A DNA stretch of 57,449 bases. It comes from an uncultured Clostridia bacterium (GTDB taxonomy: Bacteria > Bacillota > Clostridia > Christensenellales > CAG-917). A program made the translations under genes and the position numbers. This document shows positions 49,728 to 57,449 of the stretch, piece after piece. The DNA lies in the NCBI GenBank assembly GCA_934254715.1, contig CAKQLT010000003.1, positions 1-57,449 of the forward strand. The letters run 5' to 3'. The number at the start of each line of letters is the position of its first letter. The first letter of the stretch is position 1. Under the pieces are notes generated by a model, which was not told where the DNA came from, did no database searches, and saw only the letters and a program-made list of their open reading frames with translations.

Positions 49728-50660
49728 ATGGTCAAACACAAATCTCACAACTTAACGGGAATATTGTTCTGCTCGTTGTGTGCGCTGGTTTGGGGCTTTG
49801 CCTTCGTGGCACAGCAATCCGCCGCTTCCGACGTGCCTACTTTCACGTTCAACGGACTGAGATTTTCGCTTGCGGTCGGCGTTATTGGCATATTCATTCT
49901 AATAAATATGCTCGTAGACAAAAAGAAGGGTACGACTCGCACGGGGTGGAACAAATCCACTTTGATAGGTGGCGCATTGTGCGGTTTGAGTTTGTTTATC
50001 GCAAACAATCTGCAACAGTACGGCATTGCGCATACCACCGTCGGCAAAACGGGATTTATCACCGCGCTGTACATCGTCATCGTGCCGCTTCTAAACGTGC
50101 TTTTGAGAAGACGTATTCCCACGAACGGCAAATTCGCAATCGTGTTTGCAGTGCTCGGATTTTATATTATGTGCATAAACGGCGACAGCGGACTCACCTA
50201 TGCGGACGCAATGTTGCTGCTTTGCGCGATTATGTTTTCCCTTCAAATTATGTTCATAGACGTGTACGTCGACGAGTGCGACCCGATTAAACTCACCTTC
50301 GTGCAGTTCGTCGTGGCAAGTCTTTTGAGTTTGCCCGCAATGGCAATCGAGGGCTTTCCGCCGGCGAGCGCGGTGGCACAAAACATAATCCCCATTCTCT
50401 ACGTCGGCATAATGTCGGCGGGCGTGGGATTCACTTTCCAAACCTTAGGGCAGAAGTACGCGCCGCCCGAACTTGCAACGCTCATTATGTCTCTCGAATC
50501 CGTCATAGCGTTTATCGGCGGCGTTGCGTTTTTGCACGAGAGTTATTCGGCAAAAGAGTTTGTAGGTTGCATAATAGTGTTGCTTTCGGTGTTCCTTGCG
50601 CAACTGAGCGTGCCGCACACTATGCTCAAAGCAAATCACAGCAAGTTCTTTATAGACTGA
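49728..50660 (+). CDS. DMT superfamily transporter (two EamA domains)
   Basis: 10-TM protein. GILFCSLCALVWGFAFVAQ and a second half SLESVIAFIGGVAFLHE are typical of EamA domains. Confidence 0.9.
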   Translation: MVKHKSHNLTGILFCSLCALVWGFAFVAQQSAASDVPTFTFNGLRFSLAVGVIGIFILINMLVDKKKGTTRTGWNKSTLIGGALCGLSLFIANNLQQYGIAHTTVGKTGFITALYIVIVPLLNVLLRRRIPTNGKFAIVFAVLGFYIMCINGDSGLTYADAMLLLCAIMFSLQIMFIDVYVDECDPIKLTFVQFVVASLLSLPAMAIEGFPPASAVAQNIIPILYVGIMSAGVGFTFQTLGQKYAPPELATLIMSLESVIAFIGGVAFLHESYSAKEFVGCIIVLLSVFLAQLSVPHTMLKANHSKFFID

Positions 50661-50697
50661 CGGAATAGATTTTCGATAAATGATACGAAAAAAATAC

Positions 50698-50725
50698 AAA
50701 ACACGCACTTTATGTGCGTGTTTTT
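50698..50725. terminator. Bidirectional rho-independent terminator
   Basis: AAAACACGCAC-TTTAT-GTGCGTGTTTTT, between the convergent genes DMT (+) and trmO (-). Confidence 0.8.
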
Positions 50726-50764
50726 GCTTGTTAAAACGCTTGTTTTGCGTATTTGACACAGGAT

Positions 50765-51430
50765 TTAATTTTCCGATTTTTGATAATCGAGGATAGTCGC
50801 AACGCCGTCTTTAACCGTGAATCTGACGTTGTAGCAATCGAATTTCATACCGTAAATTCTGTCGTCGTCTTGATAGGATGGGCGAGGGTCTTGCGCTATG
50901 CAAGATACGATTTCTTGCTTCATATCCTCGTGTAAATCGTCAAGGACTTCGACGTTTTTCACTTCCAAAACGTGGGTTATATCCTCTGTGAATCCGCAAA
51001 CCGCGCTCGGTACGCAATCGGTTTTGAGATAAGGTTTTACGTCGTAAATCGGCGTTCCGTCCAAAATGTCCGCGCCTTCCACAATCAATACGTTGCCTTG
51101 TTCGGTGTCCTCTACGCCGACGAGTCTGACCAAACTCAAGCCCAGCGAGTTGGGGCGGAAGGGCGAGCGTGTGGCAAAAACGCCCATCTTCGTGTTGCCG
51201 CCGAGACGGGGCGGACGTACCGTTGCGCAAAACTCGTCGCGGTGTGCTTTTGAAAAATCGAATATCAGCCACAAGTGCGAAAAGCCCTCGATTCCTCTCA
51301 AAGCGTCGGGGTTGCGATATTCCTTTTCAAACACGACGGTACTTTTGGTCGCGACTTTGCCGCTTTGGCGCGGTATGCCGAATTTTTCCTTGAACGGCGT
51401 ATGAATGATTGCAATCGGTTTTATTTCCAT
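50765..51430 (-). CDS. trmO: tRNA (N6-threonylcarbamoyladenosine(37)-N6)-methyltransferase TrmO (TsaA/YaeB family)
   Basis: MEIKPIAIIHTPFKEKFGIPRQSG...GIEGFSHLWLIFDF...VFATRSPFRPNSLGLSLV...GTPIYDVKPY. I prefer the ATG at 51430 (SD GAGG upstream) to the track start 51487. Confidence 0.92.
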   Translation of the reverse strand: MEIKPIAIIHTPFKEKFGIPRQSGKVATKSTVVFEKEYRNPDALRGIEGFSHLWLIFDFSKAHRDEFCATVRPPRLGGNTKMGVFATRSPFRPNSLGLSLVRLVGVEDTEQGNVLIVEGADILDGTPIYDVKPYLKTDCVPSAVCGFTEDITHVLEVKNVEVLDDLHEDMKQEIVSCIAQDPRPSYQDDDRIYGMKFDCYNVRFTVKDGVATILDYQKSEN

Positions 51431-51675
51431 ATCTGCCTCGAAACGTTGTTGACACAAGAATAATAACACGATTTTCTCGTTTTTCATAGACTTTCCGTGC
51501 GAGTTTTTGGCGCGACTTTTTTATCGTTTTTTGTGGCGATATATACGGACTTTCGATATGCGTTTTCGGTACGCACTTGGGTATGAGGTTTGAAAAGCGA
51601 GCGCAAACGCCGCTTAACCTTGTTCGGCGTTTTGCCGCGCGGTCAGAGTTATCGTACTTTTGTAAAAAATCGCTC

Positions 51676-51704
51676 TTGAAATGACGGCATTTTTGTTTTA
51701 TACT
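51676..51704 (+). promoter_or_regulatory. Sigma-A type promoter for CDS 51762..52871
   Basis: TTGAAA (51676..51681), 17 nt, TATACT (51699..51704). Confidence 0.55.
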
Positions 51705-51761
51705 TTTCGTATAATCTTTTATATCTTATCGATATAAAAATTTGATAGGACGGAGGAAATT

Positions 51762-52871
51762 ATGAAAAGAACTTATCCGAGTTGGTTAGAGGGTCAACTC
51801 AACAGCAAGCAAACCGAGTATACGAAGCCTACAAAACTGCTCGGCGACGACGGCAAATTGCTCGCCCCCGGTTGGGCAAGACATAACGTTTTCGAGTACG
51901 ACCGCGAAAAAGCCAAACCCGCAAACCGTAAAAAAGAATGGGATTTCTATCAAATCTCGAACGGCGAATTTATGGTGCAAATCAGTTTTGCAAACATCTC
52001 TATCGGCGGATACGCGCAAGCGTCAATAACCGACCTTCACCACGCGCATAAGAATAGCAAAATCCATTCGGGCACGATTCTCGAATGTACCGCGCTGTTC
52101 TTGGGCGGCAAAAAATATATGCTTCCCCCAAAGGGCGACGAGCCGAACGTTCTCGACCACACCGTCGGCAAAACGCATATGAAAGTCGTCACCGAAACCA
52201 ACGTCAGAACGATGTATTTCAAGGGTAAGTTCAAGGGCAAAGAGGTCGAGGCAAACTTCACTATGGACATTATGGACGGACTTGAAAACATCACAACCGT
52301 GCTTCCGTTCAAAGACAATCCAACGAGATACTTTATGACCACCAAACAAAACTGTATGCCTTGCGAAGGCACTTTCCGCTGGGGCGAGAATGTTTGGAAA
52401 TTCGACAAAAAGGACACGTTTGCGTTCCTCGACTGGGGCAGAGTCAACACCCCCTACAAAATGGTTTGGTACTGGGGCAACGGCTCGAAAGTCGTTCAAG
52501 GACCGGACGGAAAAGACCATATGTTCGGCTTTGAAATCACGTGGGGTATCGGCGACGAATCCAACGCCACCGAAACCGCAATCTTCTGGGACGGCAAAGC
52601 CCACAAATTCGGACCCGTCGACGTCGAAGTTTTCCCCAAACCCGACAAGTTTTCCGAGCCGTGGCATTTCGTTTCGCAAGACGGGCGTTTCGATTTCACG
52701 ATGACCCCGTTCTACGACCATCACGGCGACCTCAACGTCCTCAATCTTCTTCGTATGCATTGCCACCAAGTCCACGGCATTTGGAACGGAACTGCAATCC
52801 TCGATGACGGCACGAAAGTCGAGGTGAGGGATATGTATGCGTTCTGCGAGTACTGTGAAAACAAGTGGTAA
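51762..52871 (+). CDS. DUF2804 domain protein
   Basis: 369-aa soluble protein. The features KEWDFYQI..., WGRVNTPYKMVWYWG and a C-terminal beta-rich region match my memory of DUF2804. SD GGAGG. Confidence 0.85.
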   Translation: MKRTYPSWLEGQLNSKQTEYTKPTKLLGDDGKLLAPGWARHNVFEYDREKAKPANRKKEWDFYQISNGEFMVQISFANISIGGYAQASITDLHHAHKNSKIHSGTILECTALFLGGKKYMLPPKGDEPNVLDHTVGKTHMKVVTETNVRTMYFKGKFKGKEVEANFTMDIMDGLENITTVLPFKDNPTRYFMTTKQNCMPCEGTFRWGENVWKFDKKDTFAFLDWGRVNTPYKMVWYWGNGSKVVQGPDGKDHMFGFEITWGIGDESNATETAIFWDGKAHKFGPVDVEVFPKPDKFSEPWHFVSQDGRFDFTMTPFYDHHGDLNVLNLLRMHCHQVHGIWNGTAILDDGTKVEVRDMYAFCEYCENKW

Positions 52872-52878
52872 AAATGCA

Positions 52879-53144
52879 CTATTTTGCGAATAACTGTGTC
52901 AGCAATGCTCGCCGTCAACTCATTTACGATTTGTAAATTAGGGTTGCCGAGCGAGCGTTGCTTCCTTGTTCTTCATCAAAATATTGCATTTTTACAAAAT
53001 GGATTTGGTAGAGCGCACTTCGTGCGCAAGCGGATTGTCGTTCGAGGGACGCTTCCTTGTCTGACGCTCAAATATCGCGTTTTTAACAAGTACTAAGCCG
53101 CGCGAGCGTTGCTTCCTTGTTCTTCATCAAAATATTGTATTTTT
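52879..53144 (+). repeat. Two-box intergenic repeat element, copy B (box 1 once, box 2 three times)
   Basis: Box 1 lies at 52879..52902. Box 2 copies are GCGAGCGTTGCTTCCTTGTTCTTCATCAAAATATTGCATTTTTA at 52951..52994, a degenerate copy GCTTCCTTGTCTGACGCTCAAATATCGCGTTTTTA at 53051..53085, and GCGAGCGTTGCTTCCTTGTTCTTCATCAAAATATTGTATTTTT at 53102..53144. An internal hairpin GCGCAC-TTC-GTGCGC lies at 53013..53027. Confidence 0.7.
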
Positions 53145-53192
53145 GAAAAATCAACAATACATATCTTCTAAAAAACAAATATCCACTTTTCT

Positions 53193-54425
53193 ATGGAATA
53201 CGTTATCAACAATCAAAATCACGTTATAAGAGGCATTGACAGAGGCGATACGGCGGCGTTTTTGGGAATCAGATTCGCAAAAGGCGAAAGATTCCAAAAA
53301 CCCGTTCTGCAACCCCTCGAAAAAGAAGTCTACGCTATGCGCAGAGGGGACGGCTGTCCTCAATTCAGACAGTTTTTCGACGAGAGTAAGTCGAAATCCA
53401 AACAAGATATTTTCTACTATAAAGAGTTTAGGCAAGGTTTGACTTTCCGTCACTCGGAAGACTGCTTGAATCTCAATATTTATGCGCCGAAAAACGCGCA
53501 AAATTTGCCCGTTTTGCTGTATATTCACGGCGGCGCGTTCGTGATATGCTCGAGCGACGAACGTCCGTTCGACGGAACTGAAATTGCAAAAGAGGGCGTG
53601 ATTTGCGTATGCGCGAATTATAGGCTAAACGTGTTCGGCTACAACGCCGACGAGGGCGCGCAAAATCTCGCGTTTTACGATATGATTTGCGCAATCGAGT
53701 GGGTGAAAGAGAATATATCCGTTTTCGGCGGCGACCCGTCGAGCATAACGCTTATGGGGCAGAGCGCGGGCGCGATTTCTTTGCAGAATCTCATTCTGTT
53801 GCCAAAGGTCAAAGATATGGTCAAAGGCGCGATTATGCTTTCGGGCGGCGCGAGCGTACGCGGTATATTCGCCCCGAAATCGCTCAAACGCGCAAAACGC
53901 TTTTTCGCAAGGGTGCGCAAGGACTTGCAAAAGAGAGGTCTCGACCCCAAAACTTGCAACTCGCAAGACCTCTATCTTGCTTGGTACAGACAAAACAAGA
54001 AGAATCTTGCGCTGTCTATGCTGTCCACGATGCCCGTTTTCGACGGCGAAATCGTGCGGAAAGACCTCTATAAAAACGCGTATAAGGACGAGCAAATCCC
54101 GTGTATTCTCGGCGTTACGAAAAACGACTTGCTTGCGCCGTATCTCGAACGCATAGCGAAAACGATGATGAAAAAAGGCAACGGCAAAGTTTGGCTGTCG
54201 CATTTTTATCACCCGCTTCCTTGCGACGGTAAGGGCGCGTGGCACAGCGCGGACTTGTGGTATATATTCGGTTTGAATCAACACCCGTGGCGCAAATTCG
54301 GCGAGGACGACTATAAACTTTCGGGCGAACTTCGCAAGAGATATTGCGAGTTTGTCAAAACGCAATCGCCCAATCCGCAAGGCTATTCCGAGTGGAAACC
54401 CAACACGTCGAAAGAGTTTTATTGA
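53193..54425 (+). CDS. Carboxylesterase type B family (PnbA-like), short form
   Basis: FLGIRFAKGERFQKP (compare FLGIPYA), LNLNIYAP, LLYIHGGAF and the nucleophile elbow GQSAGA. There is no obvious SD upstream of the ATG. Confidence 0.88.
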   Translation: MEYVINNQNHVIRGIDRGDTAAFLGIRFAKGERFQKPVLQPLEKEVYAMRRGDGCPQFRQFFDESKSKSKQDIFYYKEFRQGLTFRHSEDCLNLNIYAPKNAQNLPVLLYIHGGAFVICSSDERPFDGTEIAKEGVICVCANYRLNVFGYNADEGAQNLAFYDMICAIEWVKENISVFGGDPSSITLMGQSAGAISLQNLILLPKVKDMVKGAIMLSGGASVRGIFAPKSLKRAKRFFARVRKDLQKRGLDPKTCNSQDLYLAWYRQNKKNLALSMLSTMPVFDGEIVRKDLYKNAYKDEQIPCILGVTKNDLLAPYLERIAKTMMKKGNGKVWLSHFYHPLPCDGKGAWHSADLWYIFGLNQHPWRKFGEDDYKLSGELRKRYCEFVKTQSPNPQGYSEWKPNTSKEFY

Positions 54426-54434
54426 TTAGATGAT

Positions 54435-54472
54435 AAAAAAGAAAAGCCGAAACTTTCGGCTTTTCTTTTTTT
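54435..54472. terminator. Bidirectional rho-independent terminator
   Basis: AAAAAAGAAAAGCCGAAA-CTT-TCGGCTTTTCTTTTTTT, with T-runs available on both strands. Confidence 0.85.
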
Positions 54473-54507
54473 ATAGGCTTTTTGCGCCGTTTTGCATTGC
54501 TTTTCGC

Positions 54508-54536
54508 TTGACAACGCTCAAACGATTGCATATACT
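54508..54536 (+). promoter_or_regulatory. Near-consensus orphan promoter
   Basis: TTGACA (54508..54513), exactly 17 nt, TATACT (54531..54536). There is no plus-strand CDS downstream. Confidence 0.65.
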
Positions 54537-54540
54537 TTCA

Positions 54541-54609
54541 GCGTTGGTTTTAACCGACGTAAGTAAGCGAAGGTATTGACTTCGGGTCAATGTGCTTACT
54601 TATTTTTTT
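54541..54609 (+). ncRNA. Candidate ~69-nt small RNA (two hairpins, the second an intrinsic terminator)
   Basis: Predicted transcript is GCGUUGGUUUUAACCGACGUAAGUAAGCGAAGGUAUUGACUUCGGGUCAAUGUGCUUACUUAUUUUUUU. SL1 is CGUUGG-UUUUAA-CCGACG. SL2 is GUAAGUAAGC/AUUGAC-UUCGG-GUCAAU/GCUUACUUAU followed by U7. It ends ~14 nt before the stop codon of the convergent ATPase gene. Confidence 0.45.
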
Positions 54610-54622
54610 ACGCTTTTTTGTT

Positions 54623-57340
54623 TTATGCGGAAAGAACGACGCCTTTCTTTTTGCGCACCAGACGCGCGATTGCTTTTACAAGTTCGACCATAGGAATAAT
54701 CGAGAATGCAAGCGCGATTGCAATGCCGTATTCCGCGCCGTCGAGTTTTGCAAGTTCAAATGCGTTTGCAAGGAACGGCACTTCCACGACGAGAGTGGTG
54801 AGCAACAGCGAAAGCACGCCTGCGCCCCACAACCACCAGTTTTGTTTCTTGATTCTGAAAATCGAGCCGTGCAAGGAACGCATATTGAACGCGTGGAAGA
54901 TTTCCGCCATCGAAAGCGTTAAAAACGCCATAGACGAGCCGAGCGTTTCCGCGCTGTACAAGCCGTTTGCGATTGCTTCGGCGTGGTGCATTTTTGCAAG
55001 CACTTCCGTGCCGATAAAGTAGGACGCTATGGTTATGAGAGTGATAAGCACGCCTTGATAGCCTATTGCAAAGCCCATACCGTTTGCGAAAATTCCGTCT
55101 TTGCTGTTTCTCGGCGGGCGGTTCATAATGTCGCTTTCGGGCGATTCCATACCCAGCGAGAGAGCGGGGAAGCAGTCGGTTATGAGGTTTATCCAAAGCA
55201 AATGCGCGGGCTTGAATATCGTGAATCCCGCAAGCGTTGCGATAAAGATAGACAGCACTTCCGAGAGGTTGGACGCAAGCAAGAATTGAATGGATTTGCG
55301 GATATTGTCGTAGATACGTCTGCCTTCGCCGACCGCAGATACGATGGTTGCGAAGTTGTCGTCGGTGAGAATCATATCCGCAACGTTTTTGGTGACGTCC
55401 GTACCAGTTATGCCCATACCCACGCCGATGTCCGCGTTTTTGATGGACGGTGCGTCGTTCACGCCGTCGCCGGTCATTGCGGTGATGTAGCCTTTTGCGC
55501 GCCACGCGTTGACGATTCTCGTCTTATGTTCGGGTTGAACGCGCGCGTATACCGAATATTTTTCGACGTCGTTTGCAAAATCTTCGTCGCTTATCTTGTC
55601 GAGTTCCGCGCCCGTGATAGCCTCGGACGGGTCGGTGATTATGCCGAGTTGCATTGCGATTGCGACGGCGGTGTCCTTGTGGTCGCCCGTTATCATTATG
55701 GGGCGGATACCTGCCTTTCTGCACTCGTCGATTGCGGGTTTAACTTCGGGACGTACGGGGTCTATCATACCCACAAGACCAACGAAGCACATATCTTTTT
55801 CGTCTTGCTCGGTGCTGTATTCGCTCTTTTGCTCGTCAAGACGTTTTTTCGCAACCGCAAGCACGCGCAACGCTCTGTCCGCCATTTCCTTGTTTGCGGA
55901 AAGAATTTCCTCGCGCTTTTCGTCGGTCATAGGCGTTTCTTTTCCGTCTTCGAGATAGAAAGCGCAGCGTTTTACGATTTCGTCGGGCGCGCCTTTTGTG
56001 AATTGCAACACTTCGCCGTTATTATCGGTGTGTATCGTGGTCATCATTTTGCGCATAGAGTCGAAAGGTATTTCGCCAACGCGCGGATAAAGTTCCTTTT
56101 GCTCGTTCTTGTCAAAAGACAAAGATTTTGCGTAATTTACGAGCGCGCACTCTGTCGGCTCGCCCGTCGCTTCGCCTTTTTCTTCGTCGTATTCGGCGTC
56201 AGAGCAGAGTGACATTGCGTTTGCAAGCAGATTTTCGTCGCTGCCGTAGTGGTCTACGACCGTCATTTTGTTTTGGGTGAGAGTGCCCGTTTTGTCCGAG
56301 CATATGATTTGCGTGCAACCGAGAGTTTCGACGGCGGTGAGTTTGCGTATGATTGCGTTGCGCTTTGACATATTCGTTACGCCTATCGAAAGCACTATCG
56401 TGACGACGGTGGCAAGTCCTTCGGGAATCGCCGCAACCGCCAACGATACCGCAATCATAAACGTGTTGAGTATGGTGGGGGCAACGTCCGCTTTGAGCGA
56501 GCCGTCAACGCCCGCGCGAATGAGGCTGACCGCAAATATCACCACGCAAATGCCGATGACGAGGTAGGTGAGGACTTTGCTAAGTTGCGACAACTTTTGT
56601 TGCAAGGGCGTTTTTCCCTCTTTGGCTTGGGTGAGGGCGTTTGCGATTTTGCCCATTTCGGTGTCCATACCCGTTGCCACGACGACCGCTTTGCCTCTGC
56701 CGTACACGACGGTGCTGCCCATAAACGCCATATTTTTTCTGTCGCCGAGAGGGACTTCGCCGCTCGGTGTGTCGATGACGTCGCAAGTTTTAAGCACGGG
56801 TACGGATTCGCCCGTGAGAGCGGCTTCTTCGATTTTCATACTCGCGCACTCGATTATTCTCGCGTCCGCGGGCACTGCGTCGCCCGCTTCGAGCACGATT
56901 ACGTCGCCGACGACCAAGTCTTCGCTCTTTACGACCACCAAGTGTCCGTCGCGTATGACTTTCGACGTGGCGGCGGCTATCTTTTGAAGCGCGTCGATGG
57001 CTTTTTCGGCTTTGCTCTCTTGCGCCACGCCGAGAATGGCGTTGATTATGACGACCGCCATAATGATGATGACGTCGGACGGAAATTCTTTGGTTGCGCT
57101 CGATGCGTTGTTGACCGCGGTCAATACGCCCGAAATTATCGCCGCAACGATGAGAATCAGCGTCATAGGCTCGATAAATTGCTTCAAAAATCGCAAAATA
57201 ATCGGCTCTTTTTTGCCTTCGGCAAGTTTGTTTTTGCCGTTCTTTTCAAGACGAGCGGTCGCCTCTTGCGAGGATAAGCCGTCTTGAGTCGTTTCGACGT
57301 TCTTGCATACGTCTTCGACGGATTCGAGATAGTGTTTCAT
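54623..57340 (-). CDS. P-type cation-transporting ATPase, P2A (Ca2+-ATPase-like, YloB/SERCA-type)
   Basis: ICSDKTGTLTQNKMTV (phosphorylation site), MITGDHKDTA, TGDGVNDAPSIKNADIGV and a 10-TM layout. SD AAAGGTG lies upstream of the ATG at 57340. Confidence 0.95.
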   Translation of the reverse strand: MKHYLESVEDVCKNVETTQDGLSSQEATARLEKNGKNKLAEGKKEPIILRFLKQFIEPMTLILIVAAIISGVLTAVNNASSATKEFPSDVIIIMAVVIINAILGVAQESKAEKAIDALQKIAAATSKVIRDGHLVVVKSEDLVVGDVIVLEAGDAVPADARIIECASMKIEEAALTGESVPVLKTCDVIDTPSGEVPLGDRKNMAFMGSTVVYGRGKAVVVATGMDTEMGKIANALTQAKEGKTPLQQKLSQLSKVLTYLVIGICVVIFAVSLIRAGVDGSLKADVAPTILNTFMIAVSLAVAAIPEGLATVVTIVLSIGVTNMSKRNAIIRKLTAVETLGCTQIICSDKTGTLTQNKMTVVDHYGSDENLLANAMSLCSDAEYDEEKGEATGEPTECALVNYAKSLSFDKNEQKELYPRVGEIPFDSMRKMMTTIHTDNNGEVLQFTKGAPDEIVKRCAFYLEDGKETPMTDEKREEILSANKEMADRALRVLAVAKKRLDEQKSEYSTEQDEKDMCFVGLVGMIDPVRPEVKPAIDECRKAGIRPIMITGDHKDTAVAIAMQLGIITDPSEAITGAELDKISDEDFANDVEKYSVYARVQPEHKTRIVNAWRAKGYITAMTGDGVNDAPSIKNADIGVGMGITGTDVTKNVADMILTDDNFATIVSAVGEGRRIYDNIRKSIQFLLASNLSEVLSIFIATLAGFTIFKPAHLLWINLITDCFPALSLGMESPESDIMNRPPRNSKDGIFANGMGFAIGYQGVLITLITIASYFIGTEVLAKMHHAEAIANGLYSAETLGSSMAFLTLSMAEIFHAFNMRSLHGSIFRIKKQNWWLWGAGVLSLLLTTLVVEVPFLANAFELAKLDGAEYGIAIALAFSIIPMVELVKAIARLVRKKKGVVLSA

Positions 57341-57449
57341 ACATTCACCTTTATTGATATAATAAGAGTATTGATTGTTTTATTATTCCATAACTGCACA
57401 AAGTGCAATTTGTTCTTCCTCTACAAGGGGGGGTAGGGGCGTGTAACTC
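57341..57449 (-). promoter_or_regulatory. 5' leader of the ATPase gene (truncated by the window edge), with conserved 17-mer plus hairpin
   Basis: The minus strand reads ...CCCCTACCCCCCC-TTGTAGAGGAAGAACAA-AT-TGCAC-TTT-GTGCA..., ~55 nt upstream of the SD. The 17-mer is 16/17 identical to 97..113 on the plus strand. Confidence 0.3.

Noticed and set aside
11294-52902. Identical 24-nt direct repeats (11294..11317 and 52879..52902) as possible att-like boundaries of a 41.6-kb island containing the giant gene.
   Set aside because: The interval contains core housekeeping genes (metG, tatD, rsmA, trmO, spmAB) with host-like composition. There is no integrase, recombinase or tRNA gene at either end. 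The repeats are better explained as copies of a dispersed intergenic element.
52951-53144. Three spaced copies of a ~35-44-nt repeat, considered as a possible mini-CRISPR array.
   Set aside because: Spacings are unequal (~100 and ~51 nt) and the middle copy is degenerate. The repeats are not palindromic in the CRISPR manner, there are no cas genes, and the same box also occurs singly at 11376..11410.

Overview
This 57.4-kb chromosomal segment reads like a spore-forming Firmicute/Clostridia genome. It has spmA-spmB, metG-tatD-rsmA synteny, GGAGG-type SD sites and many textbook rho-independent terminators. I support 25 protein-coding genes and recognise no rRNA, tRNA, CRISPR array, transposase or integrase. 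Main result: 46% of the window (14316..40808, + strand) is one uninterrupted 26,493-nt ORF encoding an 8,830-aa protein. It has a lipoprotein signal peptide (lipobox LVAC, Cys25), its own consensus TTGACA-17-TATAAT promoter, a 5'-UTR hairpin and a strong terminator. By eye, its first ~6,200 residues are about 14 strongly diverged copies of a cryptic 250-800-aa module. Each module has a Y-x-x-G-x-x-Y-V-D hairpin motif, an acidic TAAD-type Ser/Thr linker and an amphipathic L-x-L-x-I element, with amphipathic beta-strand patterns and Tyr/Asp/Gly-rich insertions in between. The last ~2,250 residues look like an array of Big_4-like Ig modules. I see no NRPS/PKS, RTX, Rhs/YD, LPXTG, SLH or choline-binding signatures, so this giant lipid-anchored protein is the best candidate for an undescribed system. 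Directly downstream is a YdjI-like SPFH protein with three tandem zinc ribbons, plus a YdjG-like zinc-ribbon membrane protein. Other observations: two low-GC islets (a lipoprotein with a 1,213-aa GLUG-repeat secreted protein, and an acyltransferase-3 cassette), a two-box intergenic repeat family at two loci, a promoter-plus-terminator unit predicting a ~69-nt sRNA convergent with a P-type ATPase, promoter geometry predicting a leaderless mRNA, a leader terminator upstream of a small membrane-protein gene, and a TatD-associated radical SAM gene inside the metG-rsmA cluster. All domain calls come from motif recognition by eye and memory of family consensus sequences. All coordinates of small motifs were hand-counted and may be off by a base or two.
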